From NCBI GenBank assembly GCA_963796105.1, contig CAWCKJ010000008.1:1-64000 (forward strand): 64,000 nt of DNA, given 5' to 3'. Origin of the DNA: a candidate division FCPU426 bacterium. GTDB lineage: Bacteria > Oederibacteriota > Muellerivitia > Muellerivitales > Muellerivitaceae. The translations under genes were made by a program, and so were the position numbers. Positions within the stretch are counted from its first letter, which is position 1; each line of letters begins with the position of its first letter. The notes under the pieces are model-generated. The model worked only from the letters and a program-made list of their open reading frames with translations. It made no database searches and had not been told where the DNA came from. This document shows, in pieces, positions 39,837 to 49,459 of this stretch.

Positions 39837-42032
39837 TTATCCGTTGTCGCCAACACCCCACCACCGAGTAAAATGGGGAAATGTGTGCCGCATAATGTAA
39901 TACTCGTTAAAGGGGGTGTCATCCGTAAGGAAAATCCGTTTATTCGGGTTAGGCATATTGTAATAATCCCCATCCTTGAAAACCGACGCGGCATAATTCT
40001 CGATACTCATGCCGGCCGGAGCCCACTCCATCATGTCAGCCTTGGCAGTAGGTGGCATTTTCGCGAGCATTTCATTCACCGGAAGTACATTAATAGGTTC
40101 CATCGAGGCCACAAAATAGTGGCCATAAGGACCAGGAGGAGGAGCTGCGAAAATCTTAATGTACGGAAAAGTCATGCAGATAGCTCGTGCAAAAGCGTCA
40201 TTGGTTGCAACATCAGAGCCCAAATACCAAAACTGGAGGATTCCGCCTTTTTTCAAACGGCTTTTCACCGTCTCCAAGAACTCCTTGGAGTGCAATAAGC
40301 TAGAACCCGCTGTTTCCGGGGGAGGAGGGGGATCAATCGTAATCAAGTCGTATTGTTCCTCGGTTCTTTTGAGGTATCTTCGACCGTCATCGATGACAAT
40401 CTTGGCATTGGGCCTTTTCAATAACGCTTCTGCGTCGTCGCAATAATATCCAAAGGCATCCCGGACGCTAGGAACTAGTTCTACCGCCGTTGTGGAAATG
40501 TTCCAACTCAGCAGTGAGCGGAAGGTCGTGCCCATCCCAAAACAAATGACCAACGCTTTTTCAGGCTTGTGATTCATTAGGCATAAAGGCAAGTGGGCCA
40601 TGTATTTGGTAACGGGGGTCAAATTGGTAATTCCAACTCCGTTTACCAACAATCCCCGGCTCATACCCGACTCATACGATATGACGGTCGCCACATAATC
40701 CCTGCGAGTCACACCCTTCTGAATCGTCTCGTAACTTTCACTGTACCCAATTGATATGATCATCAACACTATGGCCAGGGCTTGCAACCCCAGTCTTGGG
40801 AATGTTATCGATTTTAAATAGGTTAGTCCCAGGATGATAAATGGAGCCGCCAACACCACCAGCGCCATTTTTGCCCCCAGCCAAGGTAGAAGAATGTATG
40901 AAGCCAACAAAGGCCCCAAAATACAACCAATCACATTAACCGCATATGCTTTGCCAGCGCTTTTGGGATTCCCACCTGAAAGGTCGTCCACCAGTTTGGG
41001 CGTTAAGTAACCCAAAATCGCGCAAAAAGGCAAGATCGTCAACAGCACTCCCGGTATGGATTTGTTCAATCGCGGATCGCTTAAAACAACCGGGAAAAAT
41101 GAGGAAACCGCCAAAAACGCAAGAAGGATTTGATTCGTGAAGCTTTTCCCGACAGCCAAACCTTTTCTGTAAACCATCGACCCCAACCATGTGGCCAGGA
41201 GATAGGTGAAGAGGATCGCCCCAAAAGAATAAACCTGGGTTTGAAGGATGGTAGTGAATGCCCTCGTCCAAATGACCTCCATCGCCATGGACAAGAAACC
41301 CGTCAAGAATAGAATGATTACCATGAAATAAGTCTCCGGCCTCCAGAGGGGCTGGGTTTCAGGAGCGGTTTCCGGTTTCTTTGCGGCTTTGGGAATAATT
41401 TGGGGAGGAGGGGCTTGTTTCCCTAATCCCAAACCAAGGTTGGCCACGATGAAATTCAAGACAGCCCCGACGGTGAGAGTGCCCGTAAAACCGAAAAGTT
41501 CAATCAGCGCTATAACGGTGATAAAAGTTCCTGTCAGCGCGCCTAGGACATTGGCTAAATATAAAAAGCTAAAACTGGTGGTATGGGCTTGGGAGGTTTC
41601 CTTTACGTAAGCCATCATGAATGGAAAGGTGGCTCCCATACAAATACACCAGGGAAGGATGGATACTACAATGCAGACGGCCGAGGCTAAAAGGTAACTC
41701 CAGGAATCCATCTCCCCCAGTTTTAAAAGCGAAGTAGAACTAGCGTTAAAGAGAAAGGGAACCGCAAAAGCCCCCACACCAATGAGAAACTCAATGAGTG
41801 CATAGAGATAGATGGGGGAAAGTTGATACTTTCGGGCAATCCGGGATACTAAAATCCCGGCAAACCAAGACCCCAATGCTAGTCCCAGCATAAAAACTGA
41901 GATGACCACCGAGAGTACGGGCGTATTGACGCCAAAAGACGCGAATGCAAGCCGGACCCACACAATTTGGTACAACAATCCGCAGAATCCAGAACAGAAA
42001 AACATGAAGAAAAGCGTCTTATTTTTAAACAT
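39837..42032 (-). CDS. Fused membrane (MFS-like)/spermidine-synthase-like protein, copy 2
   Basis: Paralogue of 33225-35420, identical in the TM region and differing in the soluble domain. Confidence 0.87.
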   Translation of the reverse strand: MFKNKTLFFMFFCSGFCGLLYQIVWVRLAFASFGVNTPVLSVVISVFMLGLALGSWFAGILVSRIARKYQLSPIYLYALIEFLIGVGAFAVPFLFNASSTSLLKLGEMDSWSYLLASAVCIVVSILPWCICMGATFPFMMAYVKETSQAHTTSFSFLYLANVLGALTGTFITVIALIELFGFTGTLTVGAVLNFIVANLGLGLGKQAPPPQIIPKAAKKPETAPETQPLWRPETYFMVIILFLTGFLSMAMEVIWTRAFTTILQTQVYSFGAILFTYLLATWLGSMVYRKGLAVGKSFTNQILLAFLAVSSFFPVVLSDPRLNKSIPGVLLTILPFCAILGYLTPKLVDDLSGGNPKSAGKAYAVNVIGCILGPLLASYILLPWLGAKMALVVLAAPFIILGLTYLKSITFPRLGLQALAIVLMIISIGYSESYETIQKGVTRRDYVATVISYESGMSRGLLVNGVGITNLTPVTKYMAHLPLCLMNHKPEKALVICFGMGTTFRSLLSWNISTTAVELVPSVRDAFGYYCDDAEALLKRPNAKIVIDDGRRYLKRTEEQYDLITIDPPPPPETAGSSLLHSKEFLETVKSRLKKGGILQFWYLGSDVATNDAFARAICMTFPYIKIFAAPPPGPYGHYFVASMEPINVLPVNEMLAKMPPTAKADMMEWAPAGMSIENYAASVFKDGDYYNMPNPNKRIFLTDDTPFNEYYIMRHTFPHFTRWWGVGDNG

Positions 42033-42304
42033 GCAAAGTCCTTTCTTGCTATAGCCTATTGGCATCTCTAGGTTTTGAATTCTCGACGAAAAGTACCAAA
42101 GGGTTGCTGCCTGTTCTACGAATAAAAAATCCTTAATATATTACCCTAAATTTCCTTTCTGAATGGAAGAAAACCTTATAATTAGTTCTCATAATATGGT
42201 TTGGTGCATAAATTCGCATTTCCAGGTGGTGGAAATCGCCCTCAAAATAATAGCCATTTTATTCTGCCGATCAAATTATTCATTGCCGTAAAAAAGAGGT
42301 TTTA

Positions 42305-43090
42305 ATGAAAAATCATCTATTTGAATTTAATAAATCTTCAAAAGACCCGCGAAAGGAAACGTGGGATACTCAAAGAGAGACTTTGGATGATTTAGCGAAT
42401 GCTATTCATTATAACCGGTGGATTTACCATTTAATGGAACCCTACTTGGGGCGGAGAATTCTGGAGGTAGGGTGCGGAATTGGGAATATGACGTCCTATT
42501 TTTCAGATCGCGGAGATGTCTTAGCGATGGATTTTCATCAAGATTATTTAGATACAGCTCGAAGCGCATTAAAGTACAAAAAAAATGTACACTTTAAAAA
42601 AATGGATATATCAAGTAGTTTAAATCAAGTTCGATCATTCAAAGCTGATACGGTCGTTTGCGTCAATGTACTTGAACATATCCAAAATGATTTCCAGTTC
42701 CTAAAAGAATGTAATCAGTTATTACTCGATGGAGGAAGATTCCTGCTTTTTGTTCCGGCGCTTCAATTCATTTATGGTTCAATGGATAGAAGTTACGGAC
42801 ATTTTCGGAGGTATTATAAAAACAGGTTAGAAAAACTTTTTGAAAAGGCGGAATTTCATGTTTCCTTTTGCAGATATTTGAATCTCTTGGGGATTTTTGG
42901 TTGGTGGTTCAATGGACAAGTTCTTTGCAGGCCGATTGTTCCTCGGTCTCAAATGCTGGTTTATGACCAAATTGTTCGTTGGACTGGGAAGATTGAGAAT
43001 TGGCTTCCACGCCCCATTGGATTATCTTTATTCTGTGTTGGAGAAAAAAAAGGGGGAGGGCAAAGGGAACAAAAGGCTAAAATTTTTTAA
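42305..43090 (+). CDS. Class I SAM-dependent methyltransferase
   Basis: ILEVGCGIG, CVNVLEHI, FVPA...YGSMD...GHFRRY (type often found beside or fused to GT2). Confidence 0.88.
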   Translation: MKNHLFEFNKSSKDPRKETWDTQRETLDDLANAIHYNRWIYHLMEPYLGRRILEVGCGIGNMTSYFSDRGDVLAMDFHQDYLDTARSALKYKKNVHFKKMDISSSLNQVRSFKADTVVCVNVLEHIQNDFQFLKECNQLLLDGGRFLLFVPALQFIYGSMDRSYGHFRRYYKNRLEKLFEKAEFHVSFCRYLNLLGIFGWWFNGQVLCRPIVPRSQMLVYDQIVRWTGKIENWLPRPIGLSLFCVGEKKGGGQREQKAKIF

Positions 43091-43485
43091 TAACTTAAAC
43101 GGAGATGCTTTTAGATTTATTTCGGTTTTTTATAAACTAAAGCTGGTTTTTAATACGCCGAAAATAAAAATGGATTTATTATTAGCATGGTTTATCCCTC
43201 TTTATATAAGGAAACTGGATTTATTAGTGAATTAGCCTATAACTTGTTTATATACTTAAGCTCTGGGGTGATTTTGAGAGTTCTTTCCAACCGCTTCGGA
43301 AAAAATGATACCATTTGAGCCGTATTAAAGGTTTTTGAACAAGTTGAGGATGACAACTAAAAAATCAAGATTGGTTTCAAATTGAAAATCTTTAAGAAGA
43401 ACAGTTTATCAGTAAATAACAAAGCATGAATTTAACAAAAACCGTTATAATTCCTGCTAATCATTATTAAATTAAGGAGTGCTTT

Positions 43486-44274
43486 ATGCCCAAGAAAATT
43501 GTTCGTAAAAAACGGCCTACCAGGACTCCCAAAAAAACAGTTCAAAGAAAAAGGCCGGCAAGGACTGCGAAAACAACGTTCGATAGTGTTGGAGCGGGTG
43601 TTGCAACTATGCCCCAAATGACAGAACCTAAAGCAGCGATAAATATCTCGAAATTTGTCCGGCGGGGAATAGTTGTGGTCTTTTTTATTTGGTTGGCCCA
43701 GTATTATTTGGAAAAGAAGAAGTTTGATTCCCCCGTTCCAGCTCGTGATGTTGCTGCGGCTTCCGCCGTACCAACTGCAGTGCCCGCCCCAGGTTCCGAA
43801 AAAAAACATGAGGCTGTGCATAAACAAAAACCCTCTGAAATGTCGACCACTTTGGATATTGATGGCTTTAAATCCAAGTCGGGTTATGTTGGTTGGTCAA
43901 AGGATGGAAACGGTAATCCCAATGTTGATAAAAATATAGGTGGTGAACCCTTTAAGGTCGCCGATAAGGTTTTCGAACACGGAATTGGAACATGCGCACC
44001 TTCTGATATCGTGTTCTCGTTAAACGGAAAGATAAAGCATTTCACTTGTAAAGTTGGGGCGGACAATGGGGGCGGCGATATTGACGCTGTGATTTTCTCA
44101 GTTTTAGTCGACGGAAAAAAACTTTTTAAAAGTCATATCATGAATCCCACTATGAAACCTGTTTATGTCGATGTTCCAACAAAGGGAGCCAAAGAGCTTT
44201 CGCTTCAAGTGAAATATGCTCATGGACATACTGAAAAAGGTTGGGCGGATTGGCTTGAACCCAAACTTCAATAA
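43486..44274 (+). CDS. Membrane-anchored NPCBM/NEW2 domain protein
   Basis: Basic N-tail, one TM, 'DKNIGG.P..V....F.HGIGT.APS.I.F.L', 'V.F.V.VDGK', 'ADW..PKL'. Confidence 0.82.
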   Translation: MPKKIVRKKRPTRTPKKTVQRKRPARTAKTTFDSVGAGVATMPQMTEPKAAINISKFVRRGIVVVFFIWLAQYYLEKKKFDSPVPARDVAAASAVPTAVPAPGSEKKHEAVHKQKPSEMSTTLDIDGFKSKSGYVGWSKDGNGNPNVDKNIGGEPFKVADKVFEHGIGTCAPSDIVFSLNGKIKHFTCKVGADNGGGDIDAVIFSVLVDGKKLFKSHIMNPTMKPVYVDVPTKGAKELSLQVKYAHGHTEKGWADWLEPKLQ

Positions 44275-44372
44275 GTCCTTTGCGAAGGAATTATCTAAAG
44301 AATGATGCCAGTTAGTCCTTCGCTAAACCCTAAATTTTAAATATTTTTTTAAATTAACGAAGGCGGGGTTTA

Positions 44373-45500
44373 ATGCTTTTTTTTCATGCCGACTGCCGGC
44401 ATTTCACCGGAGAAAAACCCTGTTCCCCTCATAAAACCCAAGGAGTCGTTTGCAGGGAATGTCCGCGTTACGATCCGGTGCAAGAACGTATTCTGATCAT
44501 CAAACTAGACGCAGCTGGCGATGTATTAAGATCCACCTCTATTCTTCCCGCGTTTAAAAAAGACAATTCGGGATTATCAATTTGGTGGATTACAGAGAAA
44601 TCCTCTAAACCCCTTTTGGAAAACAATCCTCATATCGACGTAGTTTTGGAAATGGGGCCTGATTTAACGGGTCTTTTGTCCAAAACCGAATTTGGACGAG
44701 TCTTTAATTTTGATATGAGCCGACGGGCCTCAGCGATCCTCCAGGTTTGTCGTTCGCCAATCAAGAAGGGCTTTGGTCTTTCATTAGAAGGTGTTGTGGT
44801 CCCCCTGGAACCTTCCTCGGAAACATGGTTTGAGATGGGTATCTTTGATTCCGCGAAACGAGCCAATCGGAGAACATATCAATCTCATCTTTTTCAAATC
44901 GGTGGATTGAAATATTCAGGCGAAGAACCTCAGTTGGCCCTTTCAGATTCGGAAAAAGAGTGGGCCTTGAAATTCTTTGAAAGAAACAAATTATCCCATT
45001 TTAAAAGAATCATTGGCTTAAATATTGGTTCGGGTGGCCGCTGGCCGCTGAAACGCTGGCGCATGGATGGCTTTTGTTGGCTCGCAAAGCAAATAAAAAA
45101 AATGAACAAACGTTATGGGGTTTTACTTTATGGAGGGCCAGAGGAAAGGGAATTGATGAAGTCCATGAACCGGAAATTAAAAGGGATTTCCATTTCCACG
45201 GGCACTGAAAATTCTCTGAGACAATTCGCCTCATTGGTTAATTTGACGGATGTGTTAGTTTCCGGGGATACTTTGGCCCTTCATGTTGGAATAGCCTTAC
45301 GGAAACGTTTGGTTGCCTATTTTGGCCCCACCTCCGATTCTGAGATTGATCTCTATGGCCGGGGAATCAAAGTGCTCCCGTCCATTCCATGCGAATGTTT
45401 TTACCAGAATAAATGCAATAAAAAAGTCACTTGTATGGATCATTTGAAGGAATCTGAAATGTTATTGGGGGTTAAGAAACAGATTGAAGCTTTGGATTGA
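44373..45500 (+). CDS. GT9 (heptosyltransferase-like) glycosyltransferase with Cys-rich termini
   Basis: 'ILIIKLDAAGDVLRST', 'NPHID', 'KRW', 'SGDTLALH.G.AL', 'FGPT'. Confidence 0.88.
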   Translation: MLFFHADCRHFTGEKPCSPHKTQGVVCRECPRYDPVQERILIIKLDAAGDVLRSTSILPAFKKDNSGLSIWWITEKSSKPLLENNPHIDVVLEMGPDLTGLLSKTEFGRVFNFDMSRRASAILQVCRSPIKKGFGLSLEGVVVPLEPSSETWFEMGIFDSAKRANRRTYQSHLFQIGGLKYSGEEPQLALSDSEKEWALKFFERNKLSHFKRIIGLNIGSGGRWPLKRWRMDGFCWLAKQIKKMNKRYGVLLYGGPEERELMKSMNRKLKGISISTGTENSLRQFASLVNLTDVLVSGDTLALHVGIALRKRLVAYFGPTSDSEIDLYGRGIKVLPSIPCECFYQNKCNKKVTCMDHLKESEMLLGVKKQIEALD

Positions 45501-45591
45501 TGCGATCACTTCAAGGATGTATTCGGATTTAATTAAACGAATTAACCATATTTTTAACACAATACTCATTTTAAATTTAATTGAGAATTGA

Positions 45592-46311
45592 ATGAAAACA
45601 ATCGTCATGGTTCCCACTTACAATGAAAGGCAGAACATTGGCGAGCTTATCCGGCTTCTTCATGAGAGAGCTCAAGAAGCGGAAATACTCGTTGTTGATG
45701 ATTCTTCTCCGGATGGAACTTTTGAAGAGGTGAAAGTGTTGCAAGGAAATGACAATAAACTTCATCTGTTACTACGCGATAGGTCTGTCAAGGGCAGGGG
45801 CTGGGCTGGGAGAGATGGTTTTAGAAAAGCTTTATTTATGGGCGCGGATTTTGTAGTTGAAATGGATTCTGATTTATCCCACCAGCCTAAATTTGTGCCC
45901 GATTTATTGGAGCCGCTCCTTTCCAAGGATGCCGATGTAGTAATCGGAAGCCGTTATATTAAGGGCGGAAGGGACTTGGACCGGCCCTTTTACCGGCAAA
46001 TGACGAGTAACTTCGCCAAGCTTTATTTAAGATGGGTATTGGGTTTAAAGGTAAAGGACCCGACTTCGGGCTTCCGGGCCTTTACAAGTGAAGCCCTTCA
46101 AAAAATAAAAGTCGATACACTTAAAGCGAGAGATCCCTTTACAATTTCCGAGATTTTATTTAGATGTTTTCAGGCTAATTTGAGAATAGTTGAAGTGCCA
46201 ATTGAATTTATCGATCGCTCCAAAGGGATATCGAAGCTCCATGCATGGACCTTGATCCAGTATTTGGCAAGGGCTTTGATTTTAAGATTTAGGCCGCAAT
46301 TTCACGTATAA
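45592..46311 (+). CDS. Polyprenol-monophosphomannose synthase-like GT2 (DPM1/Ppm1 type)
   Basis: 'PTYNERQNI', 'VVDDSSPDGT', 'EMDSDLSHQP', 'IGSRY..GG', 'D.TSGFRAF', 'EVPI.F.DR..G.SK'. Confidence 0.9.
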   Translation: MKTIVMVPTYNERQNIGELIRLLHERAQEAEILVVDDSSPDGTFEEVKVLQGNDNKLHLLLRDRSVKGRGWAGRDGFRKALFMGADFVVEMDSDLSHQPKFVPDLLEPLLSKDADVVIGSRYIKGGRDLDRPFYRQMTSNFAKLYLRWVLGLKVKDPTSGFRAFTSEALQKIKVDTLKARDPFTISEILFRCFQANLRIVEVPIEFIDRSKGISKLHAWTLIQYLARALILRFRPQFHV

Positions 46312-46388
46312 TTTTATATCGTCTGGCGGGGATTCATAATCATTTTGTTTCTAACAGTCCACCACCCTTTTAAATAAGGAAAAAAATC

Positions 46389-49187
46389 ATGACTTTAGGA
46401 AAATCCAAGTTAATAAAACCAATCACTTCAGAGAAAATTCTCGGCTATTTCTGGGCAAATCAAAAAAACATTTTGATAATGCTATTTTCTTTAGTTTTTA
46501 TAACAGGACAAGTTTTAATTCTATTCAAAGGGAATTTGAGTTTGGGCGTGATTGTTTCATTTTTTTCGGTTTTGGGAGGCTTTTGTTCTTATTTTTATGG
46601 GGACAGGTGGCTATTTCCTCTATTGAAAAGCAACAAAACTAAAACGCGGTCATATATGAAACCTGACGCCGTGGCCAAAAATACTTATCTAAAAACAATT
46701 CAGCCAGGGAAAAAAATGAAAGGTATTCCTAATAAGCGGATTCTTATCCTGCGAGGGATCGAGTTGTTAGCAGCATTCATTTTAGGAGGAGTCGGCCAAT
46801 GGTTTTGGATTCAATCCGGGAATTCCTCAACCTTGGGCAAAGGCGCGATTGCTTTTTTCGTGGCGGCACTTCTTTTGATTCACGGCTTAAGTCCTTGGTT
46901 TCGCGAAGGGCTTCAAAGACTATCATTGTCGATCAAGTGGGAATTAATAATCTTGGGGATAATCCTTGCTATCGCTGTTTTCTTCAGGGTTTATCGGATT
47001 GACACAATCCCGTCCGGGTTATTTATCGACCAAGGATTTGAAGGTTATTCTGCCCTCCGCATTCTTCATGAGGGGTGGAGACCTTTTTATGTGGAAGATA
47101 TATTTCATGCCTATGCCTTGGCTTTATATATGCTTGCCGCTTGGTTTAAGGCTTTTGGGTCTTCTGAAATAACTCTTAAACTTTTTTACGCTAGTCTTGC
47201 CATTATCGCTATGCCCCTTATTTATTGGACTTTCCGACAACTTGCGGGTCCGCGAATGGCGCTCCTCACTATTTTTATTTTGGCAGTGATGCGTTGGAAT
47301 GTTAATTTCAGCCGGAATGGATTTCCTACAGTTCAATTAACCCTCTATATTTTCGGGACACTTGCTTTCCTGCTTTATGGATTGAAAAATGGAAAACGCT
47401 GGGCATTTTTGGTCGCTGCATTCTTTTTTGCCGCTGGATTTTATACTTATCAAGCTTTTAAAATATTCCCTCTTTTGCTTCTGATTTATGCTTCGTATGA
47501 ATGGTTCGTAAATAAAAAAATGGTAAAGAAATACCATAAGTTTATCCTTGGCTTTGTTGTTCTAGCTTTAATCCTTACAGCACCATTGCTTTTCCACATG
47601 GTTAAAACCGGAACATGGGGGACCCGAGAAGGGGAGTTAATGTCCCGGAACTTTAAGCAGTTTATAAATGTCCTTTTTCGAACCGCGCTCATGTTCAACC
47701 GGCAAGGGGATCCAAATCCACGCCATAATTTACAAGATTACAGGATGCTGGACGATGTCTCGGGCGTTTTGTTAGTTTTAGGTTTGGCTTATGCCGTAAT
47801 GCGTTGTAAACGGCGTAAATATTTCTACTCCTTAGCCGGTTTTTTTGTCATGAGCCTTCCTTGCATTCTTTCCATCGATCCGGCTCATGCGAATCGCATG
47901 TTTGGCATGACTCCATATATGGCTTTCTTAATTGCCACGCCATTAGGGGCACTTTGGGGAAGGGTGGCGGATTATTTAGGCATGATGAGCGAGAAAATAT
48001 TTCTAAGTTTGCTCTTGGTTCCGCTTGGCTTTATGTCTTACCAAAATTTCGATGTTTATTTCAACAAACAGGCGAATAATTTCGGTTCCTGGGCAGAATA
48101 TTCATGCGTGGAGTCGGCGATTGGCAGGGCCATTTCCCAAAGGGGCCCCTCATATGAGTATTTTATTTCCCCAAATTATTTCAACCATTTCACCATTTCA
48201 TTTTTGGGTTATTCAAGCCTTTCACAGATTCACAGTTTTGATATACCAGGTTCTTTAATTCCCCTCCAAGTTCCAACGAACCGCGGTCTCTTTTTCGCGC
48301 TTCAAGAAGGAAGAACGGGCATTCTGAATTTGCTCCAGTCCATTTATCCTCAAGGGAAAGCCATCTATTCTAAAAATATCTTGGGAAAGGATTATGTTTA
48401 CTTTTTTGAGGTGCCCCCTTCCGTTTGGGCGAAATTCAGGGGTTTGACTGCAGATATTTCGACAGATTCCGGCTCCCTTCAAGTACCTGAATTTCCCAAT
48501 GGGCTGCCAACAGGGCCGTATCATGCGTCTTTTTCAGGTAGCGTTTATTTCAGGCAAATGGGCCGCTATAGGTTTTTAAATCTTGGAGAAGGGAATGCCC
48601 GTTTATATGTAAAAGGAATTCCTGTTTTGGGCTCTATTTACTTGTGTAAGGGATACAGGCCCATTCGGATTGATTGGGATGCCCCCCCTGGAGTTTCAAA
48701 ACCTGATTTCGCTTTGAAACCCGAATCTGGAGTGAATTTACCCTTAAATAGCACCTGTTTAACGACCACCCAAATCTCGGGCGGCCTCAACGCTGAATAT
48801 TTCCCCACTACCAATTGGAAAGGGAAAACAACTTTGAGCGAATGGGAACCCACTCCCAATTTTGCCAATGGAAATGATTTTCCCTTAAGATTAGGTTCAA
48901 TTTTGTGGGCAGGCAAGCTTCGAATTGATAAAACCGGTGTTTATGAATTTTACACCCTCACGGATGGGCAAGCTCGCTTATTGATCGACAGCAATGAAAT
49001 TATTCCAATCGGCATGAGCCGAGCCGGAAAAGTTGAGTTAACCCGCGGAAAGCACCGACTTGAACTTTTTTATAATTCGCCAACCGGGTTCTCGAATTTG
49101 TCGTTAAAGTGGCGAAAACCCGGTATGAAAGATATTGAGGTTATTCCCGAGACGGAATTTGACTCCCCGGGAGTCGCTTCAAAATAA
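46389..49187 (+). CDS. PMT_2/GT39-like (GT-C) glycosyltransferase with C-terminal PA14 domains
   Basis: 'FRVYRID.IP.GLF.DQ', 'W.V.FSR', 'GDPNPRHN....MLD', then PA14-like 'GLNAEYF', 'W.G.L.I..TG.YEF...DG.ARL.ID', 'L.RGKH.L.L.Y', 'L.W..PG...EVIP'. Confidence 0.85.
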   Translation: MTLGKSKLIKPITSEKILGYFWANQKNILIMLFSLVFITGQVLILFKGNLSLGVIVSFFSVLGGFCSYFYGDRWLFPLLKSNKTKTRSYMKPDAVAKNTYLKTIQPGKKMKGIPNKRILILRGIELLAAFILGGVGQWFWIQSGNSSTLGKGAIAFFVAALLLIHGLSPWFREGLQRLSLSIKWELIILGIILAIAVFFRVYRIDTIPSGLFIDQGFEGYSALRILHEGWRPFYVEDIFHAYALALYMLAAWFKAFGSSEITLKLFYASLAIIAMPLIYWTFRQLAGPRMALLTIFILAVMRWNVNFSRNGFPTVQLTLYIFGTLAFLLYGLKNGKRWAFLVAAFFFAAGFYTYQAFKIFPLLLLIYASYEWFVNKKMVKKYHKFILGFVVLALILTAPLLFHMVKTGTWGTREGELMSRNFKQFINVLFRTALMFNRQGDPNPRHNLQDYRMLDDVSGVLLVLGLAYAVMRCKRRKYFYSLAGFFVMSLPCILSIDPAHANRMFGMTPYMAFLIATPLGALWGRVADYLGMMSEKIFLSLLLVPLGFMSYQNFDVYFNKQANNFGSWAEYSCVESAIGRAISQRGPSYEYFISPNYFNHFTISFLGYSSLSQIHSFDIPGSLIPLQVPTNRGLFFALQEGRTGILNLLQSIYPQGKAIYSKNILGKDYVYFFEVPPSVWAKFRGLTADISTDSGSLQVPEFPNGLPTGPYHASFSGSVYFRQMGRYRFLNLGEGNARLYVKGIPVLGSIYLCKGYRPIRIDWDAPPGVSKPDFALKPESGVNLPLNSTCLTTTQISGGLNAEYFPTTNWKGKTTLSEWEPTPNFANGNDFPLRLGSILWAGKLRIDKTGVYEFYTLTDGQARLLIDSNEIIPIGMSRAGKVELTRGKHRLELFYNSPTGFSNLSLKWRKPGMKDIEVIPETEFDSPGVASK

Positions 49188-49459
49188 GAGGTTTTAGACT
49201 GCGGCTATCTCTTCGCAATTCAATGACTGCATTAAGCCCATTTAGGAAGGCGTTGAAAATACAGGCACCTGGCATATCCATTAAGGATTCACAAAGCATT
49301 CGATGGGGAAACTTCTTTTTTTTTCTATAGTATGATAATCTTTCCGGTCACTAAATATTCTATTATTTCAATCCTGCCGGACTAAGAAATTTTTTAATTT
49401 TAATTCTTATATCGGGGGAAAGTTTAGCTTTTTAAACATTAATAGCGGGAGTAAATCTT

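Larger units (their letters stand above)
33225..42172. repeat. 2.3-kb direct repeat (33225-35560 and 39837-42172), offset 6612 bp
   Basis: 34082-35560 reads identical to 40694-42172 (alternative-frame ORFs in the track are also identical); 33277-33512 is identical to 39889-40124; the block between is diverged. Confidence 0.95.

Noticed and set aside
33513..40693. Diversity-generating retroelement template/variable repeat pair
   Set aside because: Differences are not adenine-specific, many are synonymous, and no reverse transcriptase is present
33225..42172. IS30 composite transposon as the cause of the duplication
   Set aside because: Only one IS30 copy is present and its ends do not coincide with the repeat boundaries
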